Both the position numbers and the translations under genes were made by a program. A model generated the notes under the pieces. That model saw only the letters and a list, made by a program, of their open reading frames with translations, was not told where the DNA came from and ran no database searches. Of a stretch of 64,000 bases of DNA, positions 1 through 7,577 are shown piece by piece. Positions within the stretch are counted from its first letter, which is position 1. Each line of letters starts with the position of its first letter. The DNA is from a plasmid: the sequence record NZ_CP028352.1. One strand, given 5' to 3'.

Positions 1-441
1 TCTGTCGGGTGGTGCCGATTGCCCGTGTACTGCCAGGGCATCACGTCAGGTAAGGGCTTTGCCGGCAGCGGCGGGCGCCCTTTGGCCAGCAGGTAGGCGC
101 TTTCATGCTGATACCCGACAAATGCCGATTTCGATGCGTAGGTTTTGGTAAACACAAGGTGCCCGACGACGCGGAAGCCCGCCGCTTTCCATGCCTGCAT
201 GAAGACGTCCACGCGGTTCCAGCCGTAGAAACTCACCGCCAGGCTGTTGTTTTTGAGCACGCGGAACATTTCACGGCTGGCCGGCAGCACCCACTCGTCG
301 CTCACGTCGTTGGCGATTGAACGGCCGGACCGGTCCTTAAAGCCGACAAGGTACGGGGGATCGGTCAGAATGAAGTCGATGCTGTTATCCGGAAAGCCGG
401 CCATGATCTCTACGCTGTCGCCACGCATGAATCGGGACATA
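1..441 (-). CDS. DNA N6-adenine/N4-cytosine methyltransferase, 3'-partial (C-terminus lies beyond the window start). Typical orphan methylase of plasmid leading regions.
   Basis: Reverse-strand translation from the ATG at 441 reads MSRFMRGDSVEIMAGFPDNSIDFILTDPPYLVGFKDRSGRS...; it contains the DPPY catalytic motif and runs off the window edge. Confidence 0.75.
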
Positions 442-511
442 GTTATGCTCCTAAGTGTCAGGGGGCACCCCTGTGGTGCCGTGACCACCACAAAGACGGG
501 CGTAAAGCGGA

Positions 512-660
512 GCAGGCAGGGGCGGACGCGCAAGCCGCACGCGCCGCCGGAGCGGACTAAATGTCCCGCGCACGGCGGGGAACGGGTGAGCAGGACGGCG
601 AAGCTTCCCTTGAATGCGAAGCGGCCCGGCTACCGTGAGGGCACGGCACTTTATCCCTGC
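512..660. repeat. Direct repeat copy 1 (~150 bp, GC-rich, hairpin-prone). Candidate ssDNA promoter / ssi (Frpo-like) element.
   Basis: Near-identical core CGCGCCGCCGGAGCGGACTRAATGTCCCGCGCACGGCGGGGAACGGGTGAG...GCGAAGCGGCCCGGCTAMCGTGARGGCACGGC is shared with copy 2, ~285 bp downstream. Confidence 0.55.
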
Positions 661-796
661 CGGTTTCCGGCCGCAGGACGGGAAGCGGCAAAAGGAGCGG
701 AGCGAAGCGACATCCTTATCGTTAATCTGAGAGATGCCGCCGGTCGGGGCGGCATCGGGTGAAAATATCAGGACCGGTAATCTTCCCACCGGCAGC

Positions 797-945
797 CGGC
801 AGGGGCGACACCGGAAGCCGTACGCGCCGCCGGAGCGGACTGAATGTCCCGCGCACGGCGGGGAACGGGTGAGGATGACGAGCGCCAGCGTCCCTTGCAG
901 GCGAAGCGGCCCGGCTAACGTGAAGGCACGGCGCTGCCCGACGGC
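797..945. repeat. Direct repeat copy 2 of the Frpo/ssi-like element.
   Basis: Same conserved core as 512-660. Only two copies and no spacer periodicity, so this is not a CRISPR array. Confidence 0.55.
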
Positions 946-1057
946 AAGGAGGGAGATATTTCGGAATTTGAATGGCTATAACAGCTGTCAGACGACGCAA
1001 ATTAATTACCTGCAAAACCGATAAAGAAAATCGGCGGCAAAAGGTGAGATTAGTGAG

Positions 1058-1080
1058 TATTTGAATTGAAAAAAGTGCAG
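1058..1080. promoter_or_regulatory. Inverted repeat AAAAGTGCA-N5-TGCACTTTT, a candidate operator upstream of the small HTH gene.
   Basis: Perfect 9-bp arms read directly from the sequence, ~50 bp upstream of the ATG at 1131. Confidence 0.4.
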
Positions 1081-1130
1081 TTTTTGCACTTTTCGCGAAT
1101 AATATTTTATCACTTAACGGAGGGAATTTA

Positions 1131-1385
1131 ATGACAGGCTGGCAGCTTAAACTCTGGCGCAGGAGTCTGCTTTGGAAGAGGGAACGTGCAGCAGCTGAAC
1201 TTGGCGTCAGCCTGCGTACTTACAAAGATTATGAAAATGCGGATACGGTAAAACGTTCTATAGCAATGGCAACCGTTACACTGTCACTAATTAACGTGTT
1301 GCCATCATTGCAAAGTCAGGAGATCAGCAGTGAAAGCATGGTGCATTTAATTAACCAGATGATCAGCACTGTAGACGAAAAATAA
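1131..1385 (+). CDS. Small helix-turn-helix (XRE-like) regulator, 84 aa.
   Basis: ORF MTGWQLKLWRRSLLWKRERAAAELGVSLRTYKDYE...; an HTH-like segment (ELGVSLRTY). It sits upstream of the umuDC-like operon, where impC lies in impCAB operons. Confidence 0.5.
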   Translation: MTGWQLKLWRRSLLWKRERAAAELGVSLRTYKDYENADTVKRSIAMATVTLSLINVLPSLQSQEISSESMVHLINQMISTVDEK

Positions 1386-1467
1386 AATTCCATTATTTTC
1401 ATGCACATGCTTAGCTAAAGCATGATAGCTGTTTCGCTTTGCTTGTCACATAAATTTACCTCCATAA

Positions 1468-1487
1468 TACTGTACAGATAAACAGTA
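1468..1487. promoter_or_regulatory. LexA (SOS) box TACTGTACAGATAAACAGTA.
   Basis: Matches the E. coli CTGT-N8-ACAG consensus exactly and lies ~80 bp upstream of the umuD-like start. Confidence 0.7.
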
Positions 1488-1567
1488 ATTAAAAGGAGGG
1501 AATTTTCTATGCATTATTTATTTAAACAGGTTCTGACCGCGTCTTATCACGTCAGGAATACGGGACT

Positions 1568-2017
1568 ATGAAACCGGCAATCTATGCTGAGGGCCTGACG
1601 GTTTTGTGGCCAGCCCTTTTTTCGCCGCCTGTGAAAATCCCTTTATATGGCGAATACTGCCCCGCAGGCTTCCCTTCCCCTGCCCAAGATTACGTTGAAA
1701 AAGAACTCGATCTCAATGAGCTCTGTATTCGCAGAAGGGCGTCGACCTTCTTCGTCCGTGCCAGTGGTAACAGCATGCAGGATCTTGGCCTCTATGATGG
1801 CGATGTCATGGTGGTTGATCGCGCCGAAGAGGCCTCTCACGGTGATATCGTTATCGCAGAGGTTAACGGTGAATTCACCGTTAAGCGGCTGCAGCTTCGC
1901 CCGCGCCTTGCGTTACTGCCCATGAATCCGGCTTACGCCGTTATCTATCCGGAGGAACTGCAGCTGCTCGGCGTCGTCACCTGGTTCTTCAGCAGTACGC
2001 GTGCACGCGGGAGGTAA
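1568..2017 (+). CDS. umuD: UmuD/MucA/ImpA-like SOS mutagenesis protein (S24 peptidase, LexA-like).
   Basis: ASGNSMQDLGLYDGDVMVVD (Ser nucleophile motif) and EFTVKRLQL (Lys general base) align with UmuD. The stop is 3 nt before the umuC-like start. Confidence 0.85.
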   Translation: MKPAIYAEGLTVLWPALFSPPVKIPLYGEYCPAGFPSPAQDYVEKELDLNELCIRRRASTFFVRASGNSMQDLGLYDGDVMVVDRAEEASHGDIVIAEVNGEFTVKRLQLRPRLALLPMNPAYAVIYPEELQLLGVVTWFFSSTRARGR

Positions 2018-2026
2018 TCCTTGCAC

Positions 2027-3301
2027 ATGTTCGGACTGGCCGACGTCAACTCGTTTTATGCGAGCTGCGAAGCACTATTCCGGCCCGATTTGCGTGGCAA
2101 GCCCGTCATCGTTCTCAGCAACAATGACGGCTGCGTTATTGCCCGCAGCGCCGGCGCCAAAAGACTTGGCATAAAAATGGGCGCGCCGTGGTTTCAGATA
2201 AAACATCAGGATTTTTCAGAGAGGATTTATGCCTTCAGTAGCAATTACGCCTTATATCATAGTCTTAGCCAGAGAGTTATGACGGCTCTGGAAGAAATGA
2301 CACCCCGCGTGGAGCAGTATTCAATCGACGAAATGTTCCTGGACCTGACCGGTATCGACGGCTGCGAAGACTTTGAACATTTTGGCCGGCGCCTGCGCAC
2401 GCATGTGCTGGCTACAACCGGTCTGACAGTCGGTGTGGGTATGGGGCCGACTAAAACGCTCGCAAAGAGTGCTCAGTGGGCGAGTAAGGAATGGCCACAG
2501 TTCCGTGGTGTGCTGGCGCTGACGCCGGGAAATATTCAGCGTACCGAAACACTTCTCTCAAAACAGCCTGTGGAGGAGGTCTGGGGAGTTGGCAGACGTA
2601 TCGGTAAACGGCTTAACCTGATGGGGATCAGTAATGCCCTGCAGCTGGCGCACGCGCATCCTGCCCTTATCAGGAAAAACTTCAGTGTTGTGCTTGAGCG
2701 GACTGTCCGTGAGCTGAACGGTGAATCCTGTATCCCACTTGAAGAGCTGCCGCCTGCTAAGCAGCAGATTTGCTGTTCAAGGTCTTTTGGTGAGCGCATC
2801 ACCTCAAAGATACTTATGCAGCAGGCGCTTTGTCAGTATGCGACACGGGCCGCTGAGAAACTAAGGGGGGAACGTCAGTTCTGCAGGCGCATCAGCGTTT
2901 TCATCCGGACATCGCCTCACGCAGAGAATGAGATTTTCTATGGTAACAGTGCCGGCGAGAAGCTCAGCCTGCCAACACAAGATACACGCGATATTATCGA
3001 GGCCGCTATGCGATCGCTTGACCGTATCTGGTTAGAAGACCGCCGGTACATGAAAGCCGGCATTATGCTCGATGACTTTACCCCAAATGGCGTCAGTCAG
3101 CTGAATCTTTTTGATGATGTGCAGCCGCGGGCTAACAGTGCGCAGCTGATGAAGGTACTGGACGGTATCAATCAGTCCGGGCTGGGAAATGTATGGTTTG
3201 CAGGACAGGGGGTTAGCACGGAGTGGAAGATGAAGCGGGACATGCTTTCGCCGGCGTGGACTACGCGCTGGGATGATATACCTGTTGCCCGCGTATTATA
3301 A
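2027..3301 (+). CDS. umuC: UmuC/MucB/ImpB-like Y-family DNA polymerase V catalytic subunit.
   Basis: MFGLADVNSFYASCEALFRPDLRGKPVIVLSNNDGCVIARS...; full length (~424 aa) and collinear with E. coli UmuC. Confidence 0.88.
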   Translation: MFGLADVNSFYASCEALFRPDLRGKPVIVLSNNDGCVIARSAGAKRLGIKMGAPWFQIKHQDFSERIYAFSSNYALYHSLSQRVMTALEEMTPRVEQYSIDEMFLDLTGIDGCEDFEHFGRRLRTHVLATTGLTVGVGMGPTKTLAKSAQWASKEWPQFRGVLALTPGNIQRTETLLSKQPVEEVWGVGRRIGKRLNLMGISNALQLAHAHPALIRKNFSVVLERTVRELNGESCIPLEELPPAKQQICCSRSFGERITSKILMQQALCQYATRAAEKLRGERQFCRRISVFIRTSPHAENEIFYGNSAGEKLSLPTQDTRDIIEAAMRSLDRIWLEDRRYMKAGIMLDDFTPNGVSQLNLFDDVQPRANSAQLMKVLDGINQSGLGNVWFAGQGVSTEWKMKRDMLSPAWTTRWDDIPVARVL

Positions 3302-3407
3302 AAAAGTAAGAGCACAGATTTCCGCTTGTTCGTAATATCCGGCATGCCTCTGCCGGATATCATTTTACTGTTAAAACTTCTGAGAATCAGCGGTAGGCCG
3401 CACTACA

Positions 3408-3425
3408 GATTTCGCATGCGAAATC
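3408..3425. promoter_or_regulatory. parS-like palindrome, copy A: GATTTCGCATGCGAAATC (18-bp perfect).
   Basis: Read directly from the sequence. It shares the TTTCGCATGCGAAA core with four other copies around parAB. Confidence 0.6.
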
Positions 3426-3756
3426 AGGCCTGTCGTTTCAGCAGGGCCTTCACTGTGTCAGTCAGGCAGTAATGTTGTTTTGACCAACGTCCACGGGAAA
3501 CGCTGCCCATTACAATAGTCTCGTTTTCCGGGACGCTATCGTCATAATATTGGATTTCAATGATGCCTGATTCCTTCAAAGCGGCGGCAACTGAACGGAT
3601 GTTTGTACGGATATAACCACTTTGTTTCTCGAACTCATCAAGATTCAGGCCAATTTGATTTTTATCAAGCCCATCAGCAAGCGCAAACACAAGCCGCGAA
3701 GCAAGTGACCGTCTTCCGGTATCAGCTAAAGCGTTATCAAGTTCAGTGAAAGTCAT
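3424..3756 (-). CDS. Hypothetical protein (110 aa), last gene of the par operon.
   Basis: ORF on the same strand as parAB, overlapping the upstream gene by 4 nt. A parS-like palindrome lies immediately downstream (3408-3425). Confidence 0.45.
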   Translation of the reverse strand: MTFTELDNALADTGRRSLASRLVFALADGLDKNQIGLNLDEFEKQSGYIRTNIRSVAAALKESGIIEIQYYDDSVPENETIVMGSVSRGRWSKQHYCLTDTVKALLKRQA

Positions 3757-4208
3757 TCTGGTTTCACAGCCATTTTCTTACGCACCCGGTAATGCTGGTC
3801 TTCCTCGATCGCTGCAGCTATCCAGCCCGAAGCAATATTCAGGTCGATATCCGCAGGCAGACTCTCTGACAGTCTGTCCAGATTTACACCAGGTGACAGC
3901 TTTAAGATGAGGGACGCAAAGCCGGCCCATTCCTCATTACTCACGGGGCGCCATCCTCGTCTGAGTATTAGGTCAAACGCGGCCAAAGCTGCCCACAAAG
4001 GAGGCTGTTTGCGTTTATTCCACTCACTAAGAGCAGCACCAGGTACAGCAAGTTCTCGCGAAATGATATTCAGATGTCGCGCATGTTCGGTCAATGTTCT
4101 GGCTGCTTCAGCTGCACTTTGATCTTCGTCTTTTGCCCATCTATGTACGATACTCCCGCGGAACTGGGCAGATAGCTGCTGAAAAGGTGTTAATGAGTAT
4201 GCTGGCAT
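3753..4208 (-). CDS. Hypothetical protein (151 aa) co-transcribed with parAB.
   Basis: ORF abutting the parB stop (ATGA-style overlap at 4208). No recognisable motif. Confidence 0.45.
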   Translation of the reverse strand: MPAYSLTPFQQLSAQFRGSIVHRWAKDEDQSAAEAARTLTEHARHLNIISRELAVPGAALSEWNKRKQPPLWAALAAFDLILRRGWRPVSNEEWAGFASLILKLSPGVNLDRLSESLPADIDLNIASGWIAAAIEEDQHYRVRKKMAVKPE

Positions 4209-5332
4209 TATTCAGACCTCAGGCCTAAGAACTCTACATCGCTGGCGCGCACGTATAGCTCACCTTCAGCGGTATTAAGCCATATAAAACCAAATTCATC
4301 GGGCATCTTATGAAGCAGGACAGTCACTTCAGTACCGTTGAACTTCACTACTGGAATTAAAGGGAGTGGTACATCAGCGGCCTGATACTGGTGTTTTTTA
4401 TTACTGGAAGAAGTACTACCAGATTCAGTAATGAGAGCTTTCGCATGCGAAATCTCAGTTTTATTATCTGGCTGCAGAACATCATCACCACTCTGAGATT
4501 TCGCATGCGAAACCTTAGTAGGTGCTTTACTCACATCACGCCCCTTCAACCGATCCAGTTCCTTTTTTACCTGTACCCGGGTCAAGGTGCTGCCAGCATT
4601 ATGCTTTTCTATCAGTCGGTCTGACGCACCTGAATCTATGTTGTCGATCTGAATCAGCGTGTAAGCAAGATCTACGTCAGAGATAGATTTGTTTTTCAGC
4701 AGGGCCTTTATCTTTTCAGGTGCAGAGCCAATACGGATATGTTTGCTGACAAAAGCTGTAGGCTTGCCGAGTGAGCGGGCGATTTCCTCTCCTGTCATAT
4801 TGAAGTCGGTTTTCAGCTGTTCAAAGGCCAGCGCGGTCGCCAAAGGCTTGAGCCCCGATTGCTGCAGGTTCTCGATAAGCTGCCCCATGATGCGCTGCTT
4901 TTCATCTTTCGGCGGCCGGCCGACGTAGATATCAATAAATTCATCACCGCGCTTTTTCATTGAGCGGATACGCGTAGCGCCAAACCATACGCGGTAGCCC
5001 TTACGGTCTTTCGGAAAACAGCGAGGCGGCGTCAGGTTCCCGAACTCACTGAACGACTCAACCATGCCGGAAATGACCTCCTCATCAAAGTCATCTTCCG
5101 GACGAACCTGCTCGACCTCATAAATCTCATCCGCTCTGACGCGCACGATCTGCCCCTCAGGCTCCAAACCGGGGCGGGCAATTTCTGCCCGAATCTTTGA
5201 CGCATCAGGCGTTCCGACTGGAGCTGGTGTATCACGGGCTGCGACACTGGCAGCAACTTCTGGCATTGCGCTTACGGACGGACCTGAAGTTTTAAGTGCG
5301 TTTAATTTCTTCTGGAATTTACTCGCAGCCAT
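4208..5332 (-). CDS. parB: ParB-family partition protein (centromere-binding, ParB/KorB-like).
   Basis: The ParB-like N-domain and HTH region (...FGATRIRSMKKRG...GEEIARSLGKPTAFVSKHIRIG) are translationally coupled to the upstream ParA gene. Confidence 0.8.
   Translation of the reverse strand: MAASKFQKKLNALKTSGPSVSAMPEVAASVAARDTPAPVGTPDASKIRAEIARPGLEPEGQIVRVRADEIYEVEQVRPEDDFDEEVISGMVESFSEFGNLTPPRCFPKDRKGYRVWFGATRIRSMKKRGDEFIDIYVGRPPKDEKQRIMGQLIENLQQSGLKPLATALAFEQLKTDFNMTGEEIARSLGKPTAFVSKHIRIGSAPEKIKALLKNKSISDVDLAYTLIQIDNIDSGASDRLIEKHNAGSTLTRVQVKKELDRLKGRDVSKAPTKVSHAKSQSGDDVLQPDNKTEISHAKALITESGSTSSSNKKHQYQAADVPLPLIPVVKFNGTEVTVLLHKMPDEFGFIWLNTAEGELYVRASDVEFLGLRSE
4439..4452. promoter_or_regulatory. 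parS-like palindrome, copy B (TTTCGCATGCGAAA), inside the parB coding sequence.
   Basis: 14-bp perfect core with matching flank on one side. Confidence 0.55.
4511..4526. promoter_or_regulatory. parS-like palindrome, copy C (GATTTCGCATGCGAAA), inside the parB coding sequence.
   Basis: 14-bp perfect core, 60 bp from copy B. Confidence 0.55.
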
Positions 5333-6192
5333 CAGTGACCTCCCTGCGTAAGTTCAACAATCTTGTTACTGAGTTCCTGATACTGCAGCGCCGGCTTGCT
5401 TGAAGGAGAATACTCTTTGATGGTCATGCCCAGCTCAATGGCTTCTTTGGCAAGATTTTTCACCCATGAAATATAAGCCAGAACCGTTTCCGGTCCGTAA
5501 TTCTTCTCGTGCAGAATGTCGAACAGACGCTGCAGGTTCTCTGTTTCTACAGCGGTCAGGTAGCCATCGAGGAGAGGCTGATTGTAGTTCTGAACATTCG
5601 CTTGGGTAATATAAGTACCCAGGTATTTAAGTTCGGGATTGTAATTTTTACGAATGCGTTGCATGTACGACAGCTGCTTCCCGACGCCAATACGTGATGA
5701 TTTCTCCAGAAGAGTTGGGATCAGCAGATAATCAGCAACAAGATGAGAGGCAATCAGAAGGTTGTTATATTCTGGCGCCGAGTCGATAAAGATGTAGTCG
5801 TAGTGCTTACGCAGCTCACTGATGCGCTCTTTAAAGTCGAAAATGCAGTCCTGAGGACGATAGTTAATTTCGTGCAGCTCGTTGGTCGATCCAATGATAT
5901 GTCGTCCGTCAGGCAGGACATGAGGTTTAACCTCCGTGTCAGGAAAGAATAACTGATAGGCATTGGCTTCGCCTGGAGAGAAGGTATTACCCAGTGGATC
6001 TTTATCAATGGAAAGCGGCAGAGCATCAGGAAAGGTCCTTTCCGTAAGCCCTGATGTGGTATCAAAATCAATCATGCAGGTCTGCATTCCCATGACCTGC
6101 AGATTATAAGTCAGCTCATTCGTTGACTGAGATTTGACGACGCCACCTTTTTGATTTCCAACAATGATGACAATTCCTGCTTTTGCTTCCAT
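5332..6192 (-). CDS. parA: ParA-family partition ATPase (deviant Walker A).
   Basis: MEAKAGIVIIVGNQKGGVVKS (KGGxxK[ST]). Start moved to the ATG at 6192 (GAGGA SD at -8). The ATG at 6216 lies inside the parS-like palindrome and is probably spurious. Confidence 0.85.
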   Translation of the reverse strand: MEAKAGIVIIVGNQKGGVVKSQSTNELTYNLQVMGMQTCMIDFDTTSGLTERTFPDALPLSIDKDPLGNTFSPGEANAYQLFFPDTEVKPHVLPDGRHIIGSTNELHEINYRPQDCIFDFKERISELRKHYDYIFIDSAPEYNNLLIASHLVADYLLIPTLLEKSSRIGVGKQLSYMQRIRKNYNPELKYLGTYITQANVQNYNQPLLDGYLTAVETENLQRLFDILHEKNYGPETVLAYISWVKNLAKEAIELGMTIKEYSPSSKPALQYQELSNKIVELTQGGH

Positions 6193-6207
6193 AGCTACAT
6201 CCTCAAG

Positions 6208-6223
6208 ATTTCGCATGCGAAAT
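6208..6223. promoter_or_regulatory. parS-like palindrome, copy D (ATTTCGCATGCGAAAT), immediately upstream of the parA start. Candidate centromere/operator.
   Basis: 16-bp perfect palindrome, 16 bp upstream of the ATG at 6192. Confidence 0.6.
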
Positions 6224-6283
6224 AATTGTGATGGCTCGTCGCTGACTGGAGTACTTCATTGGCTGAAGGGGATATGCTCCATT

Positions 6284-6386
6284 GAGTCTGGCGTTTCGCC
6301 GTAATGTCAGCCGGCTACCCGGTGACCAACTCAGTATGCCAGGCCTATGATAAAGAATCAATAATGATTCTTTATCATAGGCCTGG
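6284..6386. repeat. Left copy of a ~100-bp direct repeat, ending in a 48-bp palindrome (CCAGGCCTATGATAAAGAATCA-ATAA-TGATTCTTTATCATAGGCCTGG).
   Basis: Matching sequence GAGTCTGGC(G/T)TTTCGCC(G/T)TAATGT(C/T)A(G/T)CCGGCTA(C/A)CCGGT... occurs at 6284-6338 and 7441-7496. The palindrome arms are perfect 22-mers. Confidence 0.7.
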
Positions 6387-6477
6387 CATGTGACTTTTAA
6401 TCCATTACACCTACTGACTTCGGCTTTAAATGCTCACTGAATCGTGAACGTAGTTTACGAGATTCAGGGTACCTGAC

Positions 6478-6520
6478 ATAAAAAAACCCCCTGTCCGCTT
6501 TAACGAACAGGGGGTTTTAT
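6478..6520. terminator. Bidirectional intrinsic terminator (AAAAAAACCCCCTGT...ACAGGGGGTTTTAT).
   Basis: GC stem of 8 bp with an A-run on one side and a T-run on the other. Lies directly 3' of the mini-ORF at 6520-6600 (minus strand). Confidence 0.7.
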
Positions 6521-6600
6521 CAACGCATTACTTCAATCAAAAAGATAATCACGCTGAGGGCAACACGAATTGCCTTGAGTGTAGTGATTAACACTTCCAT
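6520..6600 (-). CDS. Candidate type I toxin-like small hydrophobic peptide (26 aa, MEVLITTLKAIRVALSVIIFLIEVMR).
   Basis: Strong SD AAGGAGGA 5 nt upstream of the ATG, a single predicted TM helix, and an intrinsic terminator immediately 3'. No larger ORF lies in this 1.3-kb noncoding region. Confidence 0.4.
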   Translation of the reverse strand: MEVLITTLKAIRVALSVIIFLIEVMR

Positions 6601-6632
6601 AACGTCCTCCTTTCATTCAAGGACATTGCAAG

Positions 6633-6668
6633 GCGCAGCCAGCCTGAGGTTTCCCGCTGCGCTTTTTT
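6633..6668 (+). terminator. Plus-strand intrinsic terminator (GCGCAGC-loop-GCTGCGC-TTTTTT).
   Basis: 7-bp GC stem followed by a T6 run, ~35 bp beyond the mini-ORF start. A possible end of an antisense RNA overlapping the mini-ORF 5' region. Confidence 0.55.
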
Positions 6669-7440
6669 CCGTGTTGCTGGTTTTACAGTGTACAGACAAC
6701 ACGTTCAGCTCTGTCCCGGTGAGGCTGCGTGCATCATGCCAGTGATGCGCCGGGTAATGTTTAATCTATGTGCTAATGCTATCAGTCCGCCTTGTAAGGA
6801 AGAGCCAGATTCGCTATTCTTTGCGACACAGTGTACAGACAACATGTTCAGTGAAGTCTGAGGAATGATGAAAGCGTTGCCACGCTTCTGTCATTCCGGA
6901 AAAAGGGATCAGCATGCCAGCTGGTCCTTTTTTTTTGCGTCAGCAGAACCTGACCTCATCCAACCTGCGAGCAATTACTACATGTAGTGGTTACTCGCAA
7001 AGCTAATCCACTACATGTGGATAGATATTAGTGATTTACGGCGAGTTGACAAGAGCAAAAAATGATGGGTGGAGGGGTTGTAATTCTTGCGAAATTTCTT
7101 AGCCCACGCCTTGTAAGGCCTGGCATCGTGTCAACCGGATCAAACTTTTTTTTCTTAATTTGATCGGGCGCGTGTTTTTTTTCAGGAATGGCCATCTAAG
7201 AGCCCCAAACGCATTGTGAGCGACGCATTTTTTTTACTGGTAGCTTCTCACTAAATTTCTTCGTTTAAACCCTTTAGGTGGCACTAAAGCGAAAATACGC
7301 GCAATGCCGAGCATTTTGGCTGAAGCTAAGCCCGCAGTTAGACCGGTAGCTATACGGTTTATTACGAATAAAGCTTATAAAAATTCTGCCCACACAAAGT
7401 CCCAAAACGTCAGACGTGACAATTTCATGGCATCCTGGTG

Positions 7441-7538
7441 AGTCTGGCTTTTCGCCTTAATGTTATCCGGCTAACCGGTAACACAGTGATCATGCCAGCC
7501 CGCATTAAGGAATCAATATTGATTCTTTAATGCGGGCT
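7441..7538. repeat. Right copy of the direct repeat, ending in a 42-bp palindrome (AGCCCGCATTAAGGAATCAAT|ATTGATTCTTTAATGCGGGCT, 1 mismatch).
   Basis: Same upstream repeat body. The palindromes share the core AAGAATCAATA(A/T)TGATTCTT. Confidence 0.7.
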
Positions 7539-7539
7539 A

Positions 7540-7555
7540 ATTTCGCATGCGAAAT
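7540..7555. promoter_or_regulatory. parS-like palindrome, copy E (ATTTCGCATGCGAAAT).
   Basis: 16-bp perfect palindrome abutting the right-hand long palindrome at 7497-7538. Confidence 0.55.
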
Positions 7556-7577
7556 GTTAAGTGTATAGCGACGAGAA

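Noticed and set aside
512-945. Checked the GC-rich direct repeats for CRISPR-array character
   Set aside because: There are only two copies, ~150 bp long with ~285-bp spacing, and no short regular repeat-spacer periodicity or nearby cas genes. No CRISPR array is present anywhere in the window.
6193-6216. N-terminal extension of parA (start at 6216, MRNLEDVA...)
   Set aside because: The upstream ATG is formed by the GCATGC centre of the parS-like palindrome. The downstream ATG at 6192 has a proper GAGGA Shine-Dalgarno sequence and begins at the conserved ParA N-terminus.
6688-6853. Two copies of CAGTGTACAGACAACAYGTTCAG, considered as LexA boxes for a TisB-like toxin
   Set aside because: They do not fit CTGT-N8-ACAG on either strand. 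They are kept only as an unexplained repeat within the toxin-like locus finding.
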